NCBI GenBank assembly: GCA_000002445.1
Contig: CP000071.1
Location: 2,368,001 to 2,432,000, forward strand
Source: Trypanosoma brucei
Taxonomy: Eukaryota
Reading direction: 5' to 3'
Length of the DNA: 64,000 nucleotides
Position numbers and translations under genes: made by a program. Below, piece after piece: positions 48,165 to 58,271 of the stretch (the first letter of the stretch is position 1; every line of letters begins with the position of its first letter). The notes beneath the pieces were generated by a model, which was given only the letters and a program-made list of their open reading frames with translations, had not been told where the DNA came from and searched no databases.

Positions 48165-50882
48165 ATGCGACGGCTAAGCCTTCTTCCACGCAGGAGCGCT
48201 GCAGTTGTGGGCTCCGCTTACGCTCGATTCGCGACGCCAGCGGCCCCAACGAATTTAAAGGCTTCAACTCTGGAGTTAAATAACCCAGTAGTTACGCACA
48301 CTGCTCACACACCCGTGACACTAACTGCCACTACTGACGCTGCCAGCGGTAATATTTATAGTAGCAAGGAAGTTGAAGCTGAAGTCGCAGTGCCCGCCGC
48401 AGGTGCGAAGGAAAAAATTCAAGCCAGCAGGCGTAAGCATGTTAATACAGTTGAGCTTTTGATATCCATGGCAGTTACCCTACAGAAGAAATCTAGTGGC
48501 GCCGCCGCTGCTGCCGTCACAGACAGCGCTTGTGGGGACGAAAAGAAGGAAGCAACCGATGGGGATGCAACCGTCGGTATTGCGCCCCGGCCGGTAGACC
48601 CACTGCAACTCCTGAAAGCACTTCGGGCGTATATTCGTAGTGAGGACATTTTGGCCGAGTTGTGTCGTTCCAAGGTGCAGGCCGTACGGCAGCGCTACGT
48701 GGCCATTCGTGCGCGGCGGCAGCGAGTTCCCGCCTTTCATCGTGATATCCTTTTGAGTGAAGTGACCCGCGTTGTTGAGCGGCGCGAGGTGCCATACATT
48801 GAAGTCGCTCGGTTACTTCGGCCCCATTGGCCCGCACAACTTATGGATGCTTCTGGTGGCCGTTACCATTCCTTCCTGCAGCGGAGTCTGCTGGCGTGGA
48901 TTGCGGAGTTGTTGCGAGAGGGCAAACTCTCACCAGAAGAGGCGCGGTCGGTACTGTCACAGTGCCCACGACTCTTTCATGGGCATTTATCGCTCATGAG
49001 TTCTATTGTAGAGTGTGCACTCCTTGATATCAACACAATACAAAGCCCTGATCCAATCATAGGTTTGATGTGGTCTGTGAATGAAGCGGGCACACATGCA
49101 CCAAGCCACTTTTGGCAACGTACCGTGGGTAGGTTGGCACAATTGAATCGCTCGTTGAGGGATACATTAGGAGATGCGATGCAACTGGGGAAATGTGGGA
49201 ACGGGCCCAAAGATGGCACTACCATCCACAGCGGTCCCGGTGGTAGGGAAAAAAAAGGTGAAAAGGGTAATATCAAAAGTAACAACGATAATAAGGGGGG
49301 TAATATTAATGACACCAAGCAAAACTATACGGTGGGCCATGTGTTTTCTGGACTTACAACTAGGCAGCTATTCCGTGTATTACGAGTACTTCGAAAGGAA
49401 TGCTGGTGCAACGATGTCTCTACCGTTTACGACTTTGTCGACAAGGCTCTAAAAAATATTGCCTTTGAGGTGGAGGCTATTGGATCATGTGAAGCCACTT
49501 CTCAAAAGCGCCCAATGTCAAGGCAAACAATCACCCAGCGCGTAAAAAAATCAGCGGACCTCACTCCGAAGGAGTTGCTCTCGCTGTTGAGCATCGCGGG
49601 CGAACTGGGTGTTGACTTCCATGCATCACTTGCGAGGACATCGGACTTTCTCCTGGCGCCAATGGTACATTATTTGGACCGCGAGGAGTTGTTACAGTTG
49701 TCTTTATTTGTTCGAAAGACACGCTGTGATTCACTAACGCTCGTACAATCGATAGCAGATGAAATTGTACGGCGTGGGGTGAATTATCCACTTTCGGTTA
49801 GTCTGAGCAAGGCGGCCCTGCGCACGGCGCTTCAGAAGCCAGTTCTGCTTTCACAACTTACCCTCACACCACTTGTTGATCATGTCATATCTTTATGCAG
49901 GACGTACGGCTGGTATATGCGAGCGTCGCAGCTGCTTGGTTGGGCGGAAGTGTTATATGATCTTTCTCGTCGCTACGCTCCATCGTCATCTGTTGGCGTC
50001 AACGTACGTTCGTGTGTAGAAGCACTCGCAGCGCCGTTGCGTGCTATGCTTGAGGCGGGCGTGGTGCCGATGCCCGTCGTTTCCCGCTTCATTGAGCTCA
50101 CGGTTATTCTCGGCATGCGCGCAAAGCCACATCAATATACGCAATCTATCAAACTGTGGGAGGAGCGCAATGCTGCGGCGAACGCGCGTATAACTTTTGC
50201 GAAGAGTGTCTTGAATAAAGAGAGTGACATGTTGATTCCGATGTCGGAGCTCCTGTACGACGCAGCGGAATTGGAGGATTCTGGTGAGGTGGGCGAGGTA
50301 ACCTCCCGTCCTACTGCTGAGCTGTGCAGAGCAGCGCGTCAGGTGTATGATGAGCTAATTTACTTGTTTGAGATGCAGATGATCATGCGCTCGCCGATTA
50401 CACAAAAGGAGGAGGATCGGCTGAATGACACGTTTAGTCACGTCGGGTTGTACAACATTGTTGTTGGTGCCAGAGCCATGTGGCGGGTACATCTTCAGCC
50501 TTCTTCTTTTCCTTCAGCCAATGCCTCTTGTGTTGAGGGCGTCGTTCCATTGAGTTCGCCTCACCGTATTTCCTCTACACCGCCTCGAGCACTACCTGTG
50601 TGGGTGGAGCGACGCATTAACGCTACCATCGAGGGCCGCATAAGGCGGGCGAATATAAGCCCCACCTCAACCGACGAGGATGTGCTCCGTTTGTTCGGGC
50701 AACGCCACTGTAACGCAGCAAAAGTGCGTCACTTCATGCAACTGCTAATGGAGGAGTCGTCGTTGGTTCTGGTTAAGCAGCAGCGTTTCGTCTGGATTTT
50801 TACGGCGGAACTGGCGCGCCGATTTGGTGGGGGACAGGAGCAGCAAATGGCGCAGAAGATGTTAGCGAAGGTATTTTGTTAG
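48165..50882 (+). CDS. hypothetical helical-repeat protein with N-terminal mitochondrial-type presequence
   Basis: MRRLSLLPRRSAAVVGSAYARFATPAAP is an Arg-rich amphipathic N-terminus. 905 aa, predominantly Leu/Ala/Arg-rich helical (HPR/FASTK-like or PPR-like by composition only). Confidence 0.5.
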   Translation: MRRLSLLPRRSAAVVGSAYARFATPAAPTNLKASTLELNNPVVTHTAHTPVTLTATTDAASGNIYSSKEVEAEVAVPAAGAKEKIQASRRKHVNTVELLISMAVTLQKKSSGAAAAAVTDSACGDEKKEATDGDATVGIAPRPVDPLQLLKALRAYIRSEDILAELCRSKVQAVRQRYVAIRARRQRVPAFHRDILLSEVTRVVERREVPYIEVARLLRPHWPAQLMDASGGRYHSFLQRSLLAWIAELLREGKLSPEEARSVLSQCPRLFHGHLSLMSSIVECALLDINTIQSPDPIIGLMWSVNEAGTHAPSHFWQRTVGRLAQLNRSLRDTLGDAMQLGKCGNGPKDGTTIHSGPGGREKKGEKGNIKSNNDNKGGNINDTKQNYTVGHVFSGLTTRQLFRVLRVLRKECWCNDVSTVYDFVDKALKNIAFEVEAIGSCEATSQKRPMSRQTITQRVKKSADLTPKELLSLLSIAGELGVDFHASLARTSDFLLAPMVHYLDREELLQLSLFVRKTRCDSLTLVQSIADEIVRRGVNYPLSVSLSKAALRTALQKPVLLSQLTLTPLVDHVISLCRTYGWYMRASQLLGWAEVLYDLSRRYAPSSSVGVNVRSCVEALAAPLRAMLEAGVVPMPVVSRFIELTVILGMRAKPHQYTQSIKLWEERNAAANARITFAKSVLNKESDMLIPMSELLYDAAELEDSGEVGEVTSRPTAELCRAARQVYDELIYLFEMQMIMRSPITQKEEDRLNDTFSHVGLYNIVVGARAMWRVHLQPSSFPSANASCVEGVVPLSSPHRISSTPPRALPVWVERRINATIEGRIRRANISPTSTDEDVLRLFGQRHCNAAKVRHFMQLLMEESSLVLVKQQRFVWIFTAELARRFGGGQEQQMAQKMLAKVFC

Positions 50883-51529
50883 TCCGAAAGGCTGGATGAG
50901 CAACTAAAGAGGCAAATTAAGGAGCCTCAAAGGTACTGGACCGTGGGTAATGCGTGCATAACTGGAGCTAGTTGTGCAGTTGAGGAGGGTATTTGGTGGG
51001 ATTTTGCGTGATCTATGTGTCACATCAACCACGCAGATGCGGATTGCTCCTTTTCAGTTTTGCCACTTATCTAACAAGTTAATTCGCTTTTAAGCGCATT
51101 GGTGTGTGGCAGCCGGCAGTAGGCTGAGGCCAGGTGAAACTAATCCGCGAAGTGAAGTTTGAAGTAAACATCATCGCACGAAATGATGACTTGGGACATG
51201 GCCGCAGCTCGTTACGTACACAACATGAAGGGGAGCTGTGTGGTCCAGTTTATGCCTTCGCAGTTCCTTTTTCTCTGTTCGCAGATGTCTGCATTTACTG
51301 ATTTCTGAGTTTTATGCTCGCACTGAGGGGGGTTGTTAAGCGTACTGCATGATTTCTTTTCGTCGATGTGTCACTCACACCAGTCGCGTAGTTTGCGTTA
51401 TTCTGTTTGGGACACACGTTATTATTTTATTTTATTTTTTACACCAATAAAAAACATTGGGGGTATACTCTCTCTCCCTTCACTTCTCCTCATTATGTGT
51501 TTGTAGGTCAAGTCAATAAAATTAGCTTG

Positions 51530-54334
51530 ATGTACCGTCTTTATCGTCGGACTGTAGGTTATCAGTCGCTACACCAGAGGTTGTCAGCGTGCCACGTTAT
51601 GTGTCGCCACGTCTCTACGGATAACAGCGATGGCACAACACCACCCAAACCGCGACGCAGCGGCATCAGGCGGGTTGTCCCTTCTGATGAGGAAATGGCG
51701 GAACTGCACGATCTCGAGCAGGAGGTGGCATCCACAACTTCCTCTCGGTCGAAGCAGTCGGCGCTCTCTGGTGTCATGGTGGAACCCATGCGCTTCTCCA
51801 CTTCCGGTGGCTCGGGAATGGAAGGCGATGGGGACGATTTAGGGGAGTTAGAAGCCGAAGGGGACGAAGAGGGTGTAGGAACAAATTCGTTGGCTGAAGC
51901 GGAAAACGTATACAAAAGACACAATGATGGAGGTGCGCTGGAGAAGCAGGGCTTAGCGATCCCTCCATCAGGGAAACCGACAGACCCGCTGCTGGCCAAC
52001 AGGGACGATGAAGGAGAAGGGGGCGCGGTGCCTTTGTCACAGGCGGAGGAAATGACGGTGAGTCGCAGCACACTTGAACGACAAGCTTGTGTGCGCTCGC
52101 TTTCCCTAGAGGAGTTGGTGGAGGCTGTGACTCTTTACCTGCGTGCGACGAAGAACCCACGGCTGGTGTCCGCCGATGAGGAACATATCTTTTTTCCTGT
52201 TCTCATGGAGCGTCTGAATGAATTCCACGTCAGCCAGTTGCTGGATGTTGTGGAATGCCACTGGGCCCGTTCCACACTTGTGCGGTACGGTACAACCTTC
52301 AAGGATATGGTTCGTGACAGAATTGCACTTATCGCAACCGCGGCGGCAAAGAGCGCCTCCAAGCGGCCGGCGGCTGCGGGGAAGAGTGGTAATGATAACA
52401 GGGATGGTGGTGCCGTGGAGGAGGAAGCTGATGATTATGATGAACAAGGAGATGCAGTGTACGTGCACGAGGCAGAGGAGAAAACTTCAGACCTTATCAT
52501 CCTTCGTGCGGCCGAGGAAATGTCACCCGAGACGGTGCTGCGGTGCATCATTGTTATGGGCATGAGTGCTGGCCGTAGAAAGCGGGACCTGCAATTCTTT
52601 CAGGCGATGGGCATGTTTTTAGTTCACCACATTAATCACTACAAAGATCCACATGAATTGGTGCGTGTGCTCACGGCTTTTGCTCGCGCTAAGATCGTTC
52701 CACCTAAACGTTTCCTGGCGCTCTTAGGTCGGCGTTTTGCTGTGCTCAACAAACGGAAAAAGTTAGGCTCATTGCCTAGTTACCGAGCGTTCGTTAACCT
52801 TTACAAAATGGGCCACGATCAGATGAACACTTTTCGGTTTCTTGCGGACTGCATTTTGGAGACAATTGATTCCAACATTAAAGCGGAGAAGAAACGGCTG
52901 CGCTTGGCCCAACTTCAAAGCAGCTCTAACATTACCGCCGCTACGACCAACGAAAACGGTGCGACTAATGAGAGCGGATGCGGTGGCTCCACAAGTAGTT
53001 CTAACCCAACTGTAACTAATATTACTGGCGCGGGGGATTTAAAGGCAACACACACATCTGAAGGAGCTTCCGACGTTGCATTCATCGGGGATTTGGACCC
53101 GCATCTGCTACAGAACCTGAGAGCACGGGAGCGGTTCAAGAGGCTAACGGAACTAAAACCGTCAATGTTTACCAAGCTTCTCCTTGTTCTTGCACGCTTT
53201 GGCGCACCGCATCAACAGTACTTACGACCCACAACTGTGCCGCTCATTCTTCCCACATTGCGGGCCTTCCCACCACCGAGTTTTACACGTTTACTTCGCG
53301 CCATGTCTCTCTTCAGGACGACGGATTTGGACCTCATCGAACCTGTCATCGACTTCATGGCCGATAGCCTTGGTCCAACAAATGTTGTACCCGCAGATGT
53401 GCTGCAAATGGTCCGCCTGGTGGCGCCGCCTGACGTACCGGTACCCCGCAACCTTGTAAAGCTCATATCGTTATGTGAGGCAGTGTACTCCAGCTCGGCC
53501 TCGTTCAGCCACTCTGATGGGAAAAGTAGCGATAGCGCTGATGCCGCTGCGTGTGCAATGACCACGTTATCCCCAATACGACCTGGGGATATGTGTGCCG
53601 TTGCAGTTGTTTTATTAAAGATTCAAATGAAGGACGATGTGCCACTTGAGGCGTTGGACCCACTCACCCGCTTGATGGAATTCTTTGCAGAGCGAATGTA
53701 CCTTCTAATGAAGTTACATATCGTTTCATTGACGCACGTTGACGTCTTCACGGATCTTTGCCGACAGCAACAACATCCGGACGTGTCGGGGCATATTGAA
53801 CGGCTTTGTGCTGAACGGCGTCGTGTAAATGATGCAGAAGGTGATGACGAATATTACAGCCAGTTGGACATTGATGTGCGCGAAACCCTTCACCGCATCC
53901 TTATCGTAAACGACTATAACACCTACGGTCAGTACCGCCCCACACCTGGCGTTCTGCAAGTGGACTTCAAGCAGGCACTAACAGAAGTTAGTGCTTTCGA
54001 TGTGCTTGAGGCGGCAGACCTTTTCGCTCAAGCTTTCTCCAATGCTCTAAAGCCAGCTGTGGAACGGCATCTCAGCAGAAGTATTATCGCTAAGCTGGAC
54101 GGTGGTGGGGAGGAGGTCATTACGGAGGGGAACAGCATTGTCCTTCGGCCTCCGCGCGAATTACTGCTTACGCGTGAAGATCTTGGGAAGTTTGTGTGCT
54201 TGCTTCAACGGACACCGCTGAGGCGGGTGCGGGCATCGCCAGTTGTGTGGCGATTTGTTGAAGAAAAAGCGAAGAAACTGGGGATGGATGATGTACTGAG
54301 GGTGGTCGAGAATAAACTGGCCACAGCAGTTTAG
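51530..54334 (+). CDS. hypothetical helical-repeat protein with N-terminal mitochondrial-type presequence
   Basis: The track ORF starts at TTG 51407. The first ATG at 51530 gives MYRLYRRTVGYQSLHQRLSACHVMCRHVST, which is presequence-like. Helical Leu-rich repeats with FASTK/HPR-like phrases (ELVRVLTAFARAKIVPPKRFLALLGRRFAVL). Confidence 0.5.
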   Translation: MYRLYRRTVGYQSLHQRLSACHVMCRHVSTDNSDGTTPPKPRRSGIRRVVPSDEEMAELHDLEQEVASTTSSRSKQSALSGVMVEPMRFSTSGGSGMEGDGDDLGELEAEGDEEGVGTNSLAEAENVYKRHNDGGALEKQGLAIPPSGKPTDPLLANRDDEGEGGAVPLSQAEEMTVSRSTLERQACVRSLSLEELVEAVTLYLRATKNPRLVSADEEHIFFPVLMERLNEFHVSQLLDVVECHWARSTLVRYGTTFKDMVRDRIALIATAAAKSASKRPAAAGKSGNDNRDGGAVEEEADDYDEQGDAVYVHEAEEKTSDLIILRAAEEMSPETVLRCIIVMGMSAGRRKRDLQFFQAMGMFLVHHINHYKDPHELVRVLTAFARAKIVPPKRFLALLGRRFAVLNKRKKLGSLPSYRAFVNLYKMGHDQMNTFRFLADCILETIDSNIKAEKKRLRLAQLQSSSNITAATTNENGATNESGCGGSTSSSNPTVTNITGAGDLKATHTSEGASDVAFIGDLDPHLLQNLRARERFKRLTELKPSMFTKLLLVLARFGAPHQQYLRPTTVPLILPTLRAFPPPSFTRLLRAMSLFRTTDLDLIEPVIDFMADSLGPTNVVPADVLQMVRLVAPPDVPVPRNLVKLISLCEAVYSSSASFSHSDGKSSDSADAAACAMTTLSPIRPGDMCAVAVVLLKIQMKDDVPLEALDPLTRLMEFFAERMYLLMKLHIVSLTHVDVFTDLCRQQQHPDVSGHIERLCAERRRVNDAEGDDEYYSQLDIDVRETLHRILIVNDYNTYGQYRPTPGVLQVDFKQALTEVSAFDVLEAADLFAQAFSNALKPAVERHLSRSIIAKLDGGGEEVITEGNSIVLRPPRELLLTREDLGKFVCLLQRTPLRRVRASPVVWRFVEEKAKKLGMDDVLRVVENKLATAV

Positions 54335-54962
54335 CATGAACTCTTTTTGATACCAGAGGCTGTGATCCTCTGAGGGGAGGGGTAATTTAATTATTCACAC
54401 AAACTGCAGTGGGATGTGCCGCGAGTTGTTGTTTGGGTGAGGAGCGGCACACGGGGAGAGCAGTGGAAAAAGAAGGCAACTGCAATGAGGAAGCAAGTCA
54501 GATGTCTTTCCTGTGCTTTGGTAAGGTTTCAACAAGGCCGGAGGTCACTGTGAAACATCGTGTTATGTTTTTTTTTTTTGAGATTTGCTCATTTGTTGCC
54601 TCGTCATTTTTTCTTTTTTGCTCGTAACACACCCCTAAAGCAGACGCTTACCGCTAAAACAACATCTCCGATGATACACACATGGTGGTCACACAGATGA
54701 ATTTCTTACCTATGCATCCAATCACAGTACCGGCTTCAGCGGGACGTGTTTTTCGTACATTCGTGCTTTGGGTACCAGCAGGGATGCATCCCGGAGTAAA
54801 CTTTTAAACGGTTGTTCATCGCGCACAGTGTTTCTTTGGTATCATTGTTTCTAATGTATTTCTAATCCCTACCCGTTGTGTGTGTAGTAGTATGGGTCAA
54901 AACAGTCAAAAACTTTTGTAAAGGAAGAGAAAGGACATACATACCTTTGTTTAGGGTGCGCA

Positions 54963-56951
54963 ATGACTGCAGTTAAGGAGCCTCGGGTAGATTTTGAACT
55001 GCACAACTCTTCCATAGCGCGTGACGACGCCTGCCTCCAGTGGCTTTTCTCACGATACCGCGCACACACATCAACTACGTTACCGTCAAGGAGTGACACC
55101 AGTGCTGCACCAACAACAAAGGGGAATGATAACATTAAAAACGCTACAGAAGCACTGTTAGTTCAATTGGAGAATGACGTTACCGCCTGCAAGGCTCTCC
55201 GCTGGGAGAAATTCAGGTACAGCTCACCAATATATGAGGCAGCATCACCAACTTACCCACTGCGAAGGGGCTCCACAATTGAAACGGTTGTTGAGGAGGT
55301 TGAAGATTCCGCTGCCACTACCGGAACAGTGGGGAAACCGCATCGCGTTCTCCGCGTAAAACTTCAGGAATCCTCTCCCAAACATGATCATGAAGCTCGC
55401 GTCAGGAGCGTGCAGGAGGAGCCATCCCGCCACGTATTCGCTGAGATGTTGAGGAAGAAGAATAGGGAGAACCTTGTAAGGAGCATTGAAGAAGCGGAAG
55501 CCGCTCGTGGCCACAACGGACACTCGGGATGGTTGCGACCGTATTTTGGTGGTTATTTCCACATGCCGCTTCCCCGCGGCCCCACAAGGTTCCTCGTTTT
55601 CCCACAGTGGCACCACGACGTCACTGTCGCAACTGAGAAGCAGCAATGGTTTCCATACTTCCTGCGTGGGAGTTGTTATCAAAAGGTCCCACATGCACGT
55701 GTCCCTATTGTTGGCGACGCTGTTGGCCCACTCCGCATGCCGTGGAATGACTTAGTTCTGGCTGTGTCTTTTGCGCGAGAATTCCCGAGAGAACTCTCCG
55801 AGGACTTTGGGGATCGGGTGAGGTTGTGGCGGGATGTTGATGCCATTTACTTGGATGGGCACGCCAATCAAGTGCGTACTGAGCGCCTGGTGCTCTGCAA
55901 GACACGTAGCAAGTCACCAGAAATGAGCCATCTGTCTGCAGGTGAGACTGCAGTAGTTGGCATGACAGAAGAGGCGGAGGCCGAGGGGAAGGAGACGGAG
56001 ACGGAAATCATTACCACAAAACTTCGTGAGTCGGGGTTTCGTGCGTCACTGCAATTTCGCAACCCACGTTACTCACTCACCGTGAAGGGTACCACTTGTA
56101 TCCCAGAGAGGGCACCGAATCAAAGAATTACTTCATTGTTAGTGCTGGATGAGTATGACAGCTTTGTTCAGCACTTCACGTCCCCATTTTTGCGTTGGCT
56201 TTTTCCACGTGCAACGTACTGTTTGCGGTGGGCTGGTGGTCCCGGCGTGGACTTCAATAGCGATGAGCGTTCATTGACATTCTTCGGTAAACTGTGGTCG
56301 GAGTGGTGGGTTGAGCTGCCACTCCGCGCGGACCGTTTCTTTCTTCGGCTTCGAAACAAATCATCCCTCGTGCAGCCGCTTACCGCTGGGCAGTGGAAGC
56401 AAACATTTTCGGACGTCCAAGTCAACGGAAGCCATGGGAACCACGCGGTCAGGAGCGGAGAACACTCTTTATTTTGGGCTACGCAAGGCCCGGTGTGGGA
56501 TGCGGGTCTCATACGCGGATTCCGTGACATATATCCGGGTATGCACTACGCCTCGAGGTGGTATACGGTGCTCTCCATGGAATTGGGCTTCGGCGGCAAG
56601 TTGCGGGACGAATCCAAAATGCTCGTTGACGGAGCGTCTCAAACCGGTTGGAGAAAACCAGGTGGAATGATTTATGCGAACGCCTGTTTGATGGACTCCT
56701 TCAAGAACCCACCGCGAGCATCTATGGGATTCTCCTTGACTAGCGGGCCACGTGCCAAAGAGGACGCCTTCAACACCCTTGCGCCCTCGTCCTTTGAGTG
56801 TAATTTTAACTGGTGGTTGAAGTTTGGTAGGGACGGTATGAAACTTTTGTCAGGTCTTGTTGAGGGTCAGTCGGTCGATAAAGCCGTATTGCGACCCTCG
56901 GCAACGGAGGCGTTTCACCATCTTCGCTGCGGGCTGACGTGGAACTTATGA
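54963..56951 (+). CDS. hypothetical protein (662 aa)
   Basis: Long ATG ORF on the + strand with non-repetitive coding composition and no recognised domain. Confidence 0.45.
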   Translation: MTAVKEPRVDFELHNSSIARDDACLQWLFSRYRAHTSTTLPSRSDTSAAPTTKGNDNIKNATEALLVQLENDVTACKALRWEKFRYSSPIYEAASPTYPLRRGSTIETVVEEVEDSAATTGTVGKPHRVLRVKLQESSPKHDHEARVRSVQEEPSRHVFAEMLRKKNRENLVRSIEEAEAARGHNGHSGWLRPYFGGYFHMPLPRGPTRFLVFPQWHHDVTVATEKQQWFPYFLRGSCYQKVPHARVPIVGDAVGPLRMPWNDLVLAVSFAREFPRELSEDFGDRVRLWRDVDAIYLDGHANQVRTERLVLCKTRSKSPEMSHLSAGETAVVGMTEEAEAEGKETETEIITTKLRESGFRASLQFRNPRYSLTVKGTTCIPERAPNQRITSLLVLDEYDSFVQHFTSPFLRWLFPRATYCLRWAGGPGVDFNSDERSLTFFGKLWSEWWVELPLRADRFFLRLRNKSSLVQPLTAGQWKQTFSDVQVNGSHGNHAVRSGEHSLFWATQGPVWDAGLIRGFRDIYPGMHYASRWYTVLSMELGFGGKLRDESKMLVDGASQTGWRKPGGMIYANACLMDSFKNPPRASMGFSLTSGPRAKEDAFNTLAPSSFECNFNWWLKFGRDGMKLLSGLVEGQSVDKAVLRPSATEAFHHLRCGLTWNL

Positions 56952-58271
56952 CAATCTCAGCGTATCATTTGTTTGTTTACATGCTCATTTTGTCCCCCTC
57001 TTCGTTTTTATTTTTTCCGCTCCGGCAAGACGTCTACACAGTGTATTATTACTCAAGTGTACTGCTAGGCGGAGAGAGTAAGGCTGCACGGTTGAGAGTG
57101 AGTTGGTGTGTGTTGTGTCCCCTGGCGATGGCGTCCGGTCTTCGGCAGCAACGATTTCAATGAAGACACAAAGAAAATACGAACAAGAAAAAAAAGTGTT
57201 ACGCTACTTCTGTGCTGACTGCAACTCCCCATTCAGTAGTGGTGTTTTGGCTCCACACGTTATGTATTTGAGTTGCTGTTGAAGGTGCCGGGACCCAAAC
57301 CGTCCTCCTATCACATCTTATTTTTAACATTCTTCCTTGGCAATTCCCTGCGTTGGTATGTCTTCCCGCGCATTTATTTCGGACCTGTTTGGGTTGGTGT
57401 CGAATTTGGTTTGGCATCAGCGGCTGTGGGGGAGGGAGAGGTACGAGTGCTAATTGGAACAGGGCGAATGACCTATGTGAAGGATACCAAAATAATGCAA
57501 AAAATAGCAGCGGTTCATGTCCCTTTCTTTTCCGGCTGTAATCCTTAGTTTCTTTTTCGGTGTATCTGCGATTAACCTTGTCTTTTTTTTTTACGCTGAT
57601 TTGCACGGGCATGCTTCGCCGAGCTGTGTGTTACGTGTGCCACGTGATGGTACTGTAATTCTGTCGCAGGGGTAAACGTGCAACGAACGGAACTCTGGTG
57701 AGTATTTTCTCGTGTTTTTTTTTTCACTGGCGCGGGGGTTTTGAGTTGCCACACACCTCCTCGTCTGGCTGTTGAAGGGGAGTTGTGCCTTCAGTGTACT
57801 TTCTGCATTACGACCAACTGGTGATTGGAAATCATACATGTTTTGTTAAGAACTGCACATTTTGCACTCCTTCCCGGCCTATCATGTGGTGACACACATA
57901 TACATGCATAAAGAGGGATAAACAAAGAAACTTCAACGATTCGCCTGAGCGGCCGGTATCCAATTGCCGTTTTGTTCATCTCTTTGAAACTACGCACCAT
58001 TGTTGTTGTTTTTCCCCCTCCTCTTCCCAATGGACCAAACGCGCATCGGTTCTTCACTATCGTCACGAGCAAATTCCTGGATTCACACATATTCCCCGTT
58101 GTGGTGTTCTCCTGTGTGAGGTGCAGCGGCGATCACCGTTCCGCATCACTTTTTTTCTGAATTTAACCCCATTGTTTTCACTTCTATCGCTGGTTTCTCA
58201 AACAATTCACAAACTTGTTTTTCGTCCTTGCAACACTTTTTAAATTAGAAAATAATAATACATACATAGGT

